A DNA stretch of 64,000 nt from a bacterium. Its GTDB lineage: Bacteria > UBA8248. This document shows positions 49,024 through 60,500 of the stretch, in pieces. Position 1 is the first letter of the stretch. Every line of letters starts with the position of its first letter. The stretch is taken from NCBI GenBank assembly GCA_965204535.1, contig OZ241996.1:480001-544000 (forward strand), read 5' to 3'. The translations under genes were made by a program, and so were the position numbers. The notes under the pieces are model-generated. The model was not told where the DNA came from. It saw only the letters and a list, made by a program, of their open reading frames with translations, and made no database searches.

Positions 49024-51356
49024 TTCATCTCTCCCACCAGCCGCATGAGGGCGTAAATCGCGATGCCGGCGATGACCAGCACGGTGATCTCCCCCAAGGT
49101 GTCGTAGCCTCGGTAATCGACGATGATGGCGTTCACCACGTTCTTGAAGCCGGCCACCGGCTTGCTCGTGCGCATGAAGTAATCGGCAATCGTGCGGAAC
49201 TTGTGCGTGTTCATGGCGGCGGCCATGACGAGCGTCGTGCAGACGCCGAGACCGATTGCGATGCCCCAGTCCCTTATCTTCTTCGCCGCCGAGCGCGGGA
49301 CGGGCTTGAGCTCGGGCAGGTAGTAGAACACCAGCAGGAAGAGCACGACCGAAGCGGATTCGACCATGATCTGGGTGAGGGCCAGATCGGGCGCTTTCAA
49401 GAGCAGGAACAGCCCCGCGATGCCGTAGCCCATCGTGCCGAGGGCGAGGATAGCCGCGATCCTTCGCTTGAACAGCGCCGTGGCGAGGGCCGCGCCCGCG
49501 ATCATGAGCGCGATCACGACGAGGAGAAACGACGCCCCCGCGAACCCTTTGGGGAAGACGTTCGTCCCCCAGTCCATTCGCCAGACGAGATAGAGGACGC
49601 AGACGGTGGGCAGGACGAACATCCAGCGCATGTAGCGCCTCAGGTTCCCGTCCTGGATGAGCATGAGGATCTCCCAGGTGCCATTTCTCAGCCAGTTCAC
49701 GAAGCCGTCATAGATTCTGTCGGGCGCGGGGGCGTTCCCCCAGATGCGGGCGCAGGCGTCGAGGGCGGTCTTGACGTGTGCGAAGCCGAAGTAGAGCGCC
49801 AGTCCCAGCGCCATGGTGATGACCGACATGATCAAGGGCATGTTCACCCCGTGCCAGAGGCCGAGGTGAAGTTCGATACTCGCCCCGCCGCCCAGGGTGG
49901 CGGAAGCGGCGGGGGCCACGATGGCGTTTTCGATCAGGCCCGGCGCCAGACCGAAAGCAAGTGCTAAGACAACAAGTATCGCGGGCGCCGCCAGCATACC
50001 GAGCGGCGGGTCGTGTGGATGCTTGGGCGCTTCGCCTTCCGCCGCCTGCCAGTAGGGCTCGCTTAAAAACCTCAGGTGATAGAGCGCGGTGAACACGCCC
50101 GCGAATACGGTCAGGTACGGCCAGAACCACGCCCAGCTTCCCGGGCCGCCGGGGTGGAGGCTGACTTCGTAGAGCATCTCCTTGGTGATGAACCCGCCCA
50201 TGGGCGGTATGCCGATGAGGCTGAGCGCCGCGATGACGGCGAGGACGTGCGTCTTCGGCATGAGCTTTCTTAAGTTCCCCAAGAGCCGCACGTCGCGCGT
50301 GCCCGCCTCGTGGTCGATGATGCCCACCGTCATGAACATCGCCGCCTTGGCCGCCGCGTGGTTGTAGAGGTGGAGCGTCGCGCCGATGATCGCCCCCTTC
50401 CCGCCGTAGCCCAGGAAGGTGACGATGAGGCCGAGCTGGCTGATGGTCCCGTAGGCCAGAATCGCCTTGAGGTCATACGCCCTGAGCGACAACAAACCCC
50501 CCGCTATCATCGTCGTCATGCCGAAGCCCGTCACCACGTAGCCCCAGGCGGGGTGCGCGCCCAGGATGGGGTAGAAGCGCGAGAGGAGATAGATGCCCGC
50601 CTTCACCATGGTGGCCGAGTGCAGGAACGCGCTGATGGGCGTGGGCGCTTCCATGGCGTTGGGCAGCCAGATGTGGAAGGGCCACTGCGCGCTCTTGGTG
50701 GCAGCACCCAGGATGATCAATAGGAAGACGCCGAGCGACACCTGGCTCGCTATGGCAGGATCCAGCACGAGTTGCGATAGCCGCCACTCGCCCGCCACGT
50801 CGCCCAGGAGCAAAAATCCCCCGAGCATGGCGAGGCCGCCGCTGCCCGTGATGAGGATGGCCTTGGTCGCGCCGTAGTTCGATGCGTCCCTGTCCGACCA
50901 GAAGCCGATGAGGAAGAACGAGGTGATGCTCGTGAGCTCCCAGAAGATGAACAGCGATATCAGGTGATCGGAAAACACCACGCCCAGCATCGAGCCCATG
51001 AACGCGATGAGAAAGCCGTAGTAGCGCCCGAGCGCCTCGTGTTCATGGAGATACCAGTGGGAGTAGAGGACGATGAGCGCGCCCATGCCCGCCACGAGAA
51101 GCCCCCACATGAGGCTCAACCCGTCCACCATGAAGGAGATTTCCACGTTCGCGGCAGGGACCCAGGCGATGGCGCGCGTGAAGGTCTCGTGCCCGCCGGC
51201 CGCCCATTCGCCGTAAAGATTAAAGAGCGCCCAGGTACTGACTACGGGCGCGACCATGGCGAACCACGCGGCGTGTTTTCTGAAACGCTCTGCGAACCAG
51301 GGGATGATGAGGGCGGCTGCGAACGGGAAGAACACGATGATGAAGGTGTTGTCCAA
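49011..51356 (-). CDS. mrpA: Na+/H+ antiporter subunit A
   Basis: [24 protein letters not shown] and [15 protein letters not shown]; TTG start inferred (ORF open to 51452). Confidence 0.93.
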   Translation of the reverse strand: MDNTFIIVFFPFAAALIIPWFAERFRKHAAWFAMVAPVVSTWALFNLYGEWAAGGHETFTRAIAWVPAANVEISFMVDGLSLMWGLLVAGMGALIVLYSHWYLHEHEALGRYYGFLIAFMGSMLGVVFSDHLISLFIFWELTSITSFFLIGFWSDRDASNYGATKAILITGSGGLAMLGGFLLLGDVAGEWRLSQLVLDPAIASQVSLGVFLLIILGAATKSAQWPFHIWLPNAMEAPTPISAFLHSATMVKAGIYLLSRFYPILGAHPAWGYVVTGFGMTTMIAGGLLSLRAYDLKAILAYGTISQLGLIVTFLGYGGKGAIIGATLHLYNHAAAKAAMFMTVGIIDHEAGTRDVRLLGNLRKLMPKTHVLAVIAALSLIGIPPMGGFITKEMLYEVSLHPGGPGSWAWFWPYLTVFAGVFTALYHLRFLSEPYWQAAEGEAPKHPHDPPLGMLAAPAILVVLALAFGLAPGLIENAIVAPAASATLGGGASIELHLGLWHGVNMPLIMSVITMALGLALYFGFAHVKTALDACARIWGNAPAPDRIYDGFVNWLRNGTWEILMLIQDGNLRRYMRWMFVLPTVCVLYLVWRMDWGTNVFPKGFAGASFLLVVIALMIAGAALATALFKRRIAAILALGTMGYGIAGLFLLLKAPDLALTQIMVESASVVLFLLVFYYLPELKPVPRSAAKKIRDWGIAIGLGVCTTLVMAAAMNTHKFRTIADYFMRTSKPVAGFKNVVNAIIVDYRGYDTLGEITVLVIAGIAIYALMRLVGEMKCDH

Positions 51357-51478
51357 AACGAGCGCCCTTCGGGAGTGGTTTTCTTTGAGCCGAATACCAG
51401 GCCTTGCGTTTTGCGCTTCGGTGATAATGGCATAATCTCTTGCATCGGACAACGAAGCGCCGACCTCCTTCGTTGAAA

Positions 51479-51748
51479 GGCAACCCCCCCTACCCCCCCT
51501 TATCAGGGGGGTAAAAAGAGAAAGTCCCCCTTGTCAGGGGGGTATAAAAAGGCGATGTCCCCCGGCGAGGGGGTGAAAGAAAAGCCCCCATGTCAGGGGG
51601 TAAAAAAGGCGATGCGCCCTCACCGCGCTGAGGGGGTTTTGATTTTTCTTGCCCCCCTGACAAGGGGGGGTAGGGGGGGTTGCTTTTATGGGGTTTCCCT
51701 TTCGAGGGGGTTGCCATTACCCTCTCAGGGGTTTTTCAATAACCCCCT
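51479..51748. repeat. MITE family A copy with internal partial termini and an IS1182-like end
   Basis: Family A termini 51479-51683; GTTTTTCAATAACCCC. Confidence 0.85.
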
Positions 51749-51778
51749 TCCGAGCGGAACTACAAGGAGGCTTCCATC

Positions 51779-52549
51779 TTGAGCGAGACGACCTACAACC
51801 TCTACGCCCTGTGCCAGGGCTCGCGCACGTGCGACGCCTCCTGGCTTCTTTACTTGAGCGAATCGGGGCGGACGCGCACGCTCCCCTATTTCTTCTGGGT
51901 GCTGATGCCCGAAGGCGAGGGCGCGCCGGTCGTCATCGACACCGGCTTCAGCGAGGAGTCCCAGAAGGCGCGCAATCCCGATTACGCCGACTACCGCCCG
52001 CAGCATGAGTTGCTCAGGAATTTCGATCTCAAGCCCTCCCAAGTCGAGACGCTCATCGTGAGCCACCTGCACTGGGACCACTTCATGTCGCCGAGGCTGT
52101 TCACCGGGGCGCAGTTCTATCTCCAGAAAAGAGAGCTCGATTTCTGGCGGAGCGACGCGGCGGAATACCACTTCATCAACCATTTCCTGGGCGACCTCGA
52201 AGAAGCGGAGAAGCTGCTTGAAGCAGGCCGTATGAAACTCGTGGACGGGGAGGCGGAGATCGCCGACGGCGTGCGCGTCCACTGGACGGGCGGCCACACG
52301 CCGGGCCACCAGATCATCCGCTTCCGAACGGCGCGCGGCTGGGCGGTGCTGGCCGTGGACGCGTGCTATCTCTACCGGAGCCTCGAATCCATGATACCCC
52401 CTGGCATCCACATCCACGTTGACGACGCCCTGCGCGCCCTCGAGACCGTGAAGGACCTGGCCGACGCCCCCGACCTCATCTTCGCCGGACACGACGAGAC
52501 GGACCTGAGAAGGGAGGAGGTGTATCCGGGGGTGAGGATGTTTGTGTAG
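51779..52549 (+). CDS. N-acyl homoserine lactonase-like metallo-beta-lactamase-fold hydrolase
   Basis: IDTG, SHLHWDH, GGHTPGHQ and AGHD. Confidence 0.88.
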   Translation: MSETTYNLYALCQGSRTCDASWLLYLSESGRTRTLPYFFWVLMPEGEGAPVVIDTGFSEESQKARNPDYADYRPQHELLRNFDLKPSQVETLIVSHLHWDHFMSPRLFTGAQFYLQKRELDFWRSDAAEYHFINHFLGDLEEAEKLLEAGRMKLVDGEAEIADGVRVHWTGGHTPGHQIIRFRTARGWAVLAVDACYLYRSLESMIPPGIHIHVDDALRALETVKDLADAPDLIFAGHDETDLRREEVYPGVRMFV

Positions 52550-52559
52550 GGGAGTGGTT

Positions 52560-53146
52560 GTAAGGGCGGACCGATGTGTCCGCCCGTTCGGCTGTCGAAA
52601 AAGCTCTCCTTCTCGGGGGACAAAGGCAACCCCCCCTACCCCCCCTTGTCAGGGGGGCATGAAAGAGCAAACCTCCTCCACCCGGTGACGGGTATGAAAA
52701 AGCGAACCCCCCTCGACGGGCGTCGGGCGTCGGCCTTTTTTACCCCCCTGACAAGGGGGGGTAGGGGGGGTTGCCTTTATGGGGTTTTCCTTTCAGGGAC
52801 TTTTTCAACAACCCCTTAACAGGGGGGTAAAGGCGATGCTCCCCGCCGAGGGGGTGTTGAAAAATCCCTCCTCGCTCGGAGTTGACCACCAACGTCATTC
52901 CGGCGAAAGCCGGAATCCAGAGCGTATGAGTTTGGATGCACGCAGCGTTTTATACCTTGCTATCGGCATGAGCGGCGTCAGGAAAAAAACAAAGGCGAAA
53001 CAAATGGATTCCGGCTCAAGGCCGGAATGACGGTAACCTGACAGGAATAACGTCAATCTTGAAGAAGCGATGGGCGGCTCGCGAGCCGCCCCTGCAGAAT
53101 CTTTATCCTCTTGCGCCAACGGGCGGACACGCCGGTCCGCCCCTAC
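52560..53146. repeat. Cluster of REP, MITE A (52625-52775), IS1182-like ends and CGTC-REP
   Basis: Same repeat families as elsewhere in the window. Confidence 0.85.
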
Positions 53147-53259
53147 GGGAATCAATTTGCGCCTGCTCCGTCTGACCTTGCAGTCGCCTCAGCCTGCGGC
53201 CACAATGCGCCCTCACGGCCATACACGAATCCAAACCCAAACACCAACAAGGAGACGCC

Positions 53260-54255
53260 ATGAAGAAGCCCTCCATCACTATCGTGACGACTGGCGGGAC
53301 GATATCGTCGAAATACGACACGCGAGGCAGCGGGAACGTGCCGGCGGCGGGTGCGGAGGAACTCATCGCTTCGGTGCCCGAGCTTGCCGGTGTCGCCGAA
53401 GTAAGCGTGGTCGAGCACTCGAACGTCACCAGCGACGTGATGGAGACGGCCACGGCGTTTGCGCTGCGCGACCGCCTGCGCGGGGTTCTGGCGGATGAGC
53501 AGACGGCGGGGGCGGTCGTCACGCATGGGACGGCCACCATGGAGGAGACGGCCTATCTCCTGGACCTGACGCTCGGCGGGGAGAAGCCCGTCGTGATAAC
53601 CGGCGCGATGCGAAATTCCGTCGCCCGCGACGCGGACGGCCCCCGGAACATCTTCTACGCCGCGAAAATCGCCGCTGAGCCCGAGGCGCGGGGCCGAGGC
53701 GTGATGGTCGCGCTGGACGGGGAGATATTCGCCGCGCGCGACGTCATCAAGGTGCACAGCCAGCGGCCCCATGCGTTCGCGTCGAGAGACGGCGGGCCGA
53801 TAGGGGTCGTCTCGGATGCGGGCGCCTTCTTCCACTACCGCCCCGAGCGGCGGCTTCACTTCGAGGTGTCGGCCCTCAAGGAAAACGTGCAGTTCCTGAC
53901 CGTGACGCAAGGGGTGAACGACCTGCTCGTGCGCGCGTGCATCGCTGAGCGCGTAGACGGAATCGTGGTGGAGGGCGTGGGCGCGGGCAACGTGAACGTC
54001 CCCTTCTACCGCGCGCTTTGCGATGCGCTCGACGCCGGCATCCCCGTGGTGGTCGGCGTGCGCATCTTCGCGGGCGCGCCGCACCGCGCCAAGGCGCACG
54101 AGGGCTCGTTCCTGAGCCTGATCGAGCGCGGGGCGATATCCGCGGGCTATCTGAGCGGGGTCAAGGCCCGGACCCTGCTCATGGTCGCCCTAGCGCATAC
54201 GGAGGACCTCAAGGAGCTCCGCGATATCTTCGAGCAAGCCGGGGGGAGGGGGTAG
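53260..54255 (+). CDS. L-asparaginase family protein
   Basis: TTGGTI, THGTATMEETA, VITGAMR, DGPRN and GAGN. Confidence 0.9.
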   Translation: MKKPSITIVTTGGTISSKYDTRGSGNVPAAGAEELIASVPELAGVAEVSVVEHSNVTSDVMETATAFALRDRLRGVLADEQTAGAVVTHGTATMEETAYLLDLTLGGEKPVVITGAMRNSVARDADGPRNIFYAAKIAAEPEARGRGVMVALDGEIFAARDVIKVHSQRPHAFASRDGGPIGVVSDAGAFFHYRPERRLHFEVSALKENVQFLTVTQGVNDLLVRACIAERVDGIVVEGVGAGNVNVPFYRALCDALDAGIPVVVGVRIFAGAPHRAKAHEGSFLSLIERGAISAGYLSGVKARTLLMVALAHTEDLKELRDIFEQAGGRG

Positions 54256-54283
54256 GGGGGAAGAACCTTTCGTCGTCTACTTC

Positions 54284-54373
54284 GCCGAAGCCCCCGACCT
54301 CATCTTCGCCGGCCACGACGAGACGGATTTGAGAAGGGAGGAGGTGTATCCGGGGGTGAGGTTGTTTGTGTAG
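54284..54373 (+). pseudogene. Duplicate of the 3' end of the lactonase gene (52460-52549)
   Basis: CCCCCGACCTCATCTTCGCCGG.CACGACGAGACGGA..TGAGAAGGGAGGAGGTGTATCCGGGGGTGAGG.TGTTTGTGTAG, near-identical. Confidence 0.9.
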
Positions 54374-54407
54374 CTAGAATGGGCAGGCGATAATTATACG
54401 AAAGCGC

Positions 54408-54436
54408 TTGACGAAAAAATAAATGCCCGTTAGTAT
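54408..54436 (+). promoter_or_regulatory. Sigma70-like promoter of the methyltransferase gene
   Basis: TTGACG-N17-TAGTAT. Confidence 0.55.
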
Positions 54437-54477
54437 GGGATAAAGAATTATTCCAGGCCCGCAAGAGACCCCCGAAT

Positions 54478-55980
54478 ATGAGTAAGGGGAACGACAGAAA
54501 TGGTGGGTATCTCTCCTGCGACGCCAATGGCGCTAAGCAGAAGGGAGCTTACTATACCCCTGACCCGGTAGTACGTAGTCTGCTCAGTTGGGCTGTCAGG
54601 AATCCTGATGATCGTCTTCTGGATCCATCTTGCGGGGATGGGCGCTTCATCGCCGGCCATCCCAACAGTGTCGGTATCGAATTGGACCCGTCTGCGACTC
54701 CCGTCGCCATACATCGCGCGCCTCATGCGATGGTTCATGAGGGTGATTTTTTTGCATGGGCGAGCAACACCGAAGAGCGTTTCGAATGCGCCGCCGGGAA
54801 TCCCCCTTTCATCCGTTATCAGCGATTCAAAGGCGTTCAACGTCAAAGGGCCATAGCTCTTTGCGCCGAGCTAGGTGCCACCTTCTCGAGGCTGACCTCT
54901 TCCTGGCCGCTTTTCCTGGTTGTTACGGCCCACCTCCTGCATCAGGGCGGACGCATGGCCTTCGTTGTTCCGGCGGAAATAGGACATGCGCCATATAGTG
55001 CTCCGCTGATCGAATATCTGATAGAGCGTTTCGACCACCTGCAAATCGTCGCAGTTCGAAAAAAGCTTTTCCCCGAGCTATCGGAAGATTGCTGGCTGCT
55101 CTACGCTGACGGTAAGGGTGGCTCCACTAGCCATATAAAACTTAGTGCTCAGGAACGGTTTACCTTCAGTGAAATGCCGCCGACTGAAACAACGAATGTA
55201 AGTGTGGAAACTTGGCGCAACTCGTGGAACAAGCGCCTGCGGCCTTTTCTGTTGCCCGTAGCGGCCCGAAATCTATACGGACGACTCGCTTCAGACGAGA
55301 ACAGCTTACGATTTCGTGAATTCGCGCAAGTCAATATCGGCTATGTTTCAGGGGCGAACGACTTTTTCCACCTGCGCCCGTCCGAGGTCGAGAGACTTCA
55401 AATCCCGAGCGATTGTTTGCAAACGACGGTGCGAAACGCACGTTCTTTGCCGCCTGTGCAGGTCAATCCATCCGCAGTCAGCCGCTGGCTCCGAGAGGAT
55501 CAGAAAACGCTACTATTACGCCTGAGAAAAGAGCAAAAACTTCCCCAAACCGTTCTGGCATACCTGCGCACTTCGCAAGCTACGCAAGCTGCCGAGGCAT
55601 TCAAATGTCGAACGCGCAATCCCTGGTACGTAGTCCCGGACGTCAAGATTCCCGATTTCTTCCTTAGCTATATGTCCGGCCGACGGGTCTCTTTCGTGCG
55701 GAATGCGGCGCGTTGCGCGTGCACGAATTCACTACATGCAGTGCTGCTAAAGGACAAATCGATGCTGCCACGCATTCAAGCGGCGTTTCGTTCGGGGGTC
55801 TTCCAGTTCAGCTGCGAAATAGAAGGTCATCCGTTGGGTGGAGGCATGTTAAAGCTGGAGCCCCGGGAGGCGGGCAATATCCTGGTCCCGTCCGAAACGG
55901 CGCTTTCAGAGGATGTAAAGAAGGTAGTTCAAGACGGCATAACGGCGCTTCAGGCCTGGAGGCATTATGAAGCGGCTTGA
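54478..55980 (+). CDS. N6-adenine DNA methyltransferase (gamma class)
   Basis: GAYYTP, LDPSCGDG.F and GNPPF; lower GC. Confidence 0.92.
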   Translation: MSKGNDRNGGYLSCDANGAKQKGAYYTPDPVVRSLLSWAVRNPDDRLLDPSCGDGRFIAGHPNSVGIELDPSATPVAIHRAPHAMVHEGDFFAWASNTEERFECAAGNPPFIRYQRFKGVQRQRAIALCAELGATFSRLTSSWPLFLVVTAHLLHQGGRMAFVVPAEIGHAPYSAPLIEYLIERFDHLQIVAVRKKLFPELSEDCWLLYADGKGGSTSHIKLSAQERFTFSEMPPTETTNVSVETWRNSWNKRLRPFLLPVAARNLYGRLASDENSLRFREFAQVNIGYVSGANDFFHLRPSEVERLQIPSDCLQTTVRNARSLPPVQVNPSAVSRWLREDQKTLLLRLRKEQKLPQTVLAYLRTSQATQAAEAFKCRTRNPWYVVPDVKIPDFFLSYMSGRRVSFVRNAARCACTNSLHAVLLKDKSMLPRIQAAFRSGVFQFSCEIEGHPLGGGMLKLEPREAGNILVPSETALSEDVKKVVQDGITALQAWRHYEAA

Positions 55981-56872
55981 AGATTTCACGGAGAAGGATT
56001 GGAAAGTCTGCCACTGGCTCGGAGCCAAAGAGACCTTCCATCACCTCGCTACATCCAAAGAAAAAACGCAAAGTCAACACATCGTCAAGCCGCTCCATTG
56101 GTATATCGCCTGCCGTCTGGTCATTGAAGGCGGGTTTCAACCCGATGAAATAAAGCCCCATCCGCCGTTCCAGGTTGTAAAGAAGGGCACAAGCTATCTC
56201 TTGCGCTTCGATTCGAATGCGGCAAGCGGTGAAGAGGCGACTGTATTAGGTGGTCTGAAAACCAAAGATATAGACGTAGTCGTGGAAAAACCCGGTATTG
56301 GTCCTGCCATTGCTATCTCCTGTAAAACCACCGGGAAGGCGTTTCGCAATCTCACCAATCGAATGGAAGAAGCGGTTGGTGAGTGTACAAACTTGCACAT
56401 GACCTACGCTGCGCTCGTAATCGGATTCTTCTCGGTGCTTCGAGCGCATCGCGCCGGGAGCGACCCTGAGTTCCATGTCAACGACGTTGCCCTCCAGGAA
56501 GACGGAAATCCGGTGGACGGTATCGTCCGCTACCACGAAGCATTCAAACAACTACAAGGACGCGGCGACTTACGTGATTCAATCAGTAAATACGAAGCGA
56601 TCAGCCTCGCTTTGGTGGAAACGAGCGGTCCGAATACCGGAAAGTTGCTCGATACCTTCCCGCCAATGGGAAGCCCTTTACGCTTCGAACGATTCTTTGA
56701 GACGATTTACAAACGGTATGATGAGCGGTTTGTATTTGCGGCGCCTATTTTAGCCAGACGCAACGTAACACCCCGGATTGAATGGGACTCGAATTCGCCT
56801 TTATTCAACGGCGACTTGCTGATGCAACTCGGAGAAGTACCCCAACTCGATTACGAACCTCGCACTTCTTAG
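55967..56872 (+). CDS. Putative Type II restriction endonuclease (PD-(D/E)xK-like, reminiscent of the XhoI/PaeR7I family)
   Basis: Overlaps the MTase; KDIDVVV...AISCK and NLTNRMEEAVGE motifs. Confidence 0.65.
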   Translation: MKRLEDFTEKDWKVCHWLGAKETFHHLATSKEKTQSQHIVKPLHWYIACRLVIEGGFQPDEIKPHPPFQVVKKGTSYLLRFDSNAASGEEATVLGGLKTKDIDVVVEKPGIGPAIAISCKTTGKAFRNLTNRMEEAVGECTNLHMTYAALVIGFFSVLRAHRAGSDPEFHVNDVALQEDGNPVDGIVRYHEAFKQLQGRGDLRDSISKYEAISLALVETSGPNTGKLLDTFPPMGSPLRFERFFETIYKRYDERFVFAAPILARRNVTPRIEWDSNSPLFNGDLLMQLGEVPQLDYEPRTS

Positions 56873-56937
56873 AGGTAATGCCTTTTTCACTCATGCCATC
56901 AGAGCCAGGCCCTCTCCGCTCGGTTGATAGCGACGCC

Positions 56938-57036
56938 GGAATCAAAGCGCGGACTTTGCTCATGGTCGCACTGGTGCATATGCAGGACCCCGAGGAACTC
57001 TGCGATATCTTCGAGCAGGCCGGGGGGCGGGGGTGA
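56938..57036 (+). pseudogene. Diverged duplicate of the 3' end of the asparaginase gene
   Basis: GIKARTLLMVALVHMQDPEELCDIFEQAGGRG* versus GVKARTLLMVALAHTEDLKELRDIFEQAGGRG*. Confidence 0.9.
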
Positions 57037-57288
57037 GGGGGGAGAGCAGAGAGAGGTGTGAGGGTATGTAGGGGCGGACCGGCGTGTCCGCCCTGTCGGC
57101 TCCGCGGGTCTTGCCTAACTTGTAGGGGCGGCTCGCGAGCCGCCTTGTAATTCAAGGCGCATTCTCATCCGTAGGGGACGGCCTCCGTGCTGTCCCACCC
57201 CCCGGCGTCGTCTCAGATGTAGGGACACATACGTGTGTCCCTCTCGGTCCCAAAACGCCCAAACAATCTCCCTTCCCGATCGTGAATG

Positions 57289-57359
57289 TTCTTGCCGGGC
57301 GCGACGAGACGGATTTGAGAAGGGAGGAGGCGTTTCCGGGGGTGAGGGGGTTTGTGTGA
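57289..57359 (+). pseudogene. Third, more diverged copy of the lactonase 3' end
   Basis: GCCGGGCGCGACGAGACGGATTTGAGAAGGGAGGAGGCGTTTCCGGGGGTGAGGGGGTTTGTGTGA. Confidence 0.85.
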
Positions 57360-57516
57360 GGTCAATCCCGACCGGGGGGGAGAGTTCTCTTGATCCGTTC
57401 GACCCTCAAAAGATAGACTTCCGCAACATTCAGGCTCGTGTTTATTTGCATTTGCTTCCGTAGGGGCCGCTCGCGAGCGGCCCGCCTGTGTCGTGTGAGT
57501 TTCGGGAGGAAGAGAG

Positions 57517-60500
57517 TTGAGCGTCAGTTTTCACGAAATGCTGGATCAGATTCGCGCCGTCTCCGATTCGGAGCGCGAGAAGGGTGGCCGCTTCGAGCGG
57601 GTGATGAAAAAGTTTTTCGCCGAAGACCCCTTGTATAAGGAGCGCTTCTCAAACGTATGGCTCTGGTCTGAATGGGCGGCCCGGCATTCGGGCTTTGACG
57701 GAAGCGATACGGGGGTCGACCTCGTGGCCGAAGAGAGCGAAGGCGGCTATTGCGCCATACAGTGCAAGTGCTATGCGCCCGACACGCGAATCTCGAAACC
57801 GGATATCGACTCGTTCATATCCGCTTCCGCCCGCGACCCATTCACCGCCCGCATCGTGGTGGATACCGGCCATCCGTGGGGGCCGAACGCCAAGAAGACC
57901 ATCGCCGGGCTCAAGCCCAAGTGCGACAGGCTTTGCCTGGACGATCTGATCCATCGGTGTTTCGACTGGCCCGATCTGGTTCACGAAGAACCCGAAGACC
58001 TGCGTTATCGGCCCGAGACGTTCCGCCTGCGTCCGCATCAACGCGAAGCGTTCGACGATTGCATGGCGCGTTTTCGAGAGCATGATCGCGGCAAGCTCAT
58101 CATGGCGTGCGGCACGGGCAAGACTTTTACCGCGCTCCGCATCGCCGAGGCCGTCGCGGGCGTCGGCGGACGGGTGCTCTATCTCGTGCCTTCGATTTCG
58201 CTGTTCGCCCAATCTATGCGGGAATGGGCGACGCAAAAGGATATTCGCCACCGTTATATCGGTATCTGTTCGGATACGCGCGCCGGAAAAAGGGACGAGG
58301 ACGCCTCGCTGGAAGAGCTTGAAATTCCCGTTACCACCGAGCCGTCTAAAATTTCAAAAGCCTTACAACTGGCGGGAGCGCGCGCGATGACGGTGGTTTT
58401 CTGCACATATCATTCGCTTCCCCTCGTGGAGGATGCCCAAAAAGAGGGTGCGCCGCCGTTTGACTTAATCCTTTGCGACGAGGCGCACAGGACGACTGGA
58501 ATCGAGCGGCCCGAAGACGAGAAAACCTCGCCTTTCGTGCTCGTTCACGATGGCGAAAAAATCAAGGCTGAAAAGCGCCTCTACATGACGGCCACGCCGC
58601 GCCTTTATACAGCAAGCGCCAAGGAAAAAGCGGCGCGCCACGAGGTCGAGGTATTCTCGATGGACGATGAGGCGACCTACGGGCCGGAGTTCCACCGTCT
58701 TCATTTCTCGCGGGCGGTCGAGCAGGATCTACTCTCCGATTATAAGGTTGTGGTTCTGGGCGTATATGAGCAGCAGGCCGACGTGATGCTGACCCGGCAT
58801 CTGGCATCGAAGGACAGCGATATCCCCATTCCAGACGCGGCGAAGGTGGTCGGCTGCTGGCGCGCGCTGCAAAACCCGGAGAACAAGGGGAAGGACGAGG
58901 GGTCGATCCGCCCCCTCAAGCGCGCCATCGCGTTCACGAATACGATCGAATCCTCGCAGCGGCTGGAAGCGCATTGGGAGGATCTCATCACGCAGGAACG
59001 CGACAGGCTGCCGGAGGAAGAACGAGCGGACGCATTGCAATGCAAGACACGCCACGTCGACGGGCAGCAAAACGCGCTGGATCGGAAAAACAGCATCGAC
59101 TGGCTCAAGGGTGATTCCGAAGAAGAGAACGGAGCCTGCCGGATTCTCTCGAACGCGAGGTGTCTGTCCGAGGGCATCGACGTGCCCGCCCTCGACGCGG
59201 TGCTCTTCATGAGTCCGCGAAACTCGCACGTAGACATCGTTCAGGCCGTGGGCCGTGCCATGCGCAAGGCCGAGGGCAAGGAATACGGTTACATCATCTT
59301 GCCGATAGCTGTGCCTGCGGGCGTAGATCCGGCTCGCGCCCTCGACCGCAACGAGCAGTTTGAGGTCGTCTGGAGCGTGCTCCGCGCTCTTCGCTCGCAC
59401 GACGACAGGCTCGACGCGGAGATCAACAAGATAGACCTCAACAAGGCGCTCCCTGAAGGCATCATCATCTTCGACGGAGAGGGGAGCGAAAAGGTGGATG
59501 TCTCCGAACTGCCTTTTCCACCTGTCGAACTGCCGCCCGGCGCGATGTTCGCCAAGATCGTGGATAAATGCGGGGACAGGAAATACTGGCAAAGCTGGGC
59601 GGAGGACGTGGCGGATATCTTCACCCGGCTGGTCGAGCGAATCGGGAACCTGCTGAAGAGTCCTGAAAACGTAACCCTTCGTGAGTGGTTCGGCGATTTC
59701 CACGAAGAGTTGAAAATCTCCATCAATGAATCCATCACCCGCGAGAGCGCTGTAGACATGATGGCCCAGCATATTCTCACGCGGCCCGTTTTTGAGGCGC
59801 TCTTCGAGGGCTACGATTTCGCCGCGGGCAACCCGGTGTCGCAGGCGCTGGACAGGCTGCGGGCGGACTTCGTCGAATTCGGTCTTGAAAACGAGATTCG
59901 GGACATGGAGCCTTTCTACGAGAGTGTCCGCAACCGCGCGCGCGGCCTCGACAACTCTGAAGCCCGCCAGCGTGTGCTCATGGAGCTTTACGAGAATTTC
60001 TTCGCCACCGCCATGAAAAAGGACGCAGACAGGCTGGGGATCGTCTATACGCCGCCCGAGGTGGTGGATTTCATCCTGCACAGCGCCGATCACGTATTAC
60101 AGGAGGAGTTCGGGCGCAGCCTGAGCGAAGAGGGTGTGCACTTGCTCGACCCGTTCACGGGCACGGGCATCTTTCTCGTGCGGCTTATTCAATCGGCTCT
60201 TATTCACGATGCCGATCTATTGAGGAAATACCGCGAAGAGTTACACGCCAACGAGATCATACTGCTCGCCTACTACATCGCGGCGATTCACATCGAAGAG
60301 GCGTTCCATGGCCGCCTCGGTCCCGAAACCGAGTATGAACCTTTTGACGGTATTGTATTAACTGACACCTTTAATCTGCATACCGAGAAAACGGGTTTTC
60401 CGAAAACATGGCTCCCGGATAACAGCGCGCGGGTGGAGCGCCAGCAGAAATCGCCGATTCAAGTGGTCGTCGGCAATCCTCCTTGGTCGGTTGGGCAGAG

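Noticed and set aside
56938-57036. DGR template/variable repeat pair with the asparaginase 3' end
   Set aside because: Differences are not adenine-specific and there is no reverse transcriptase in the window
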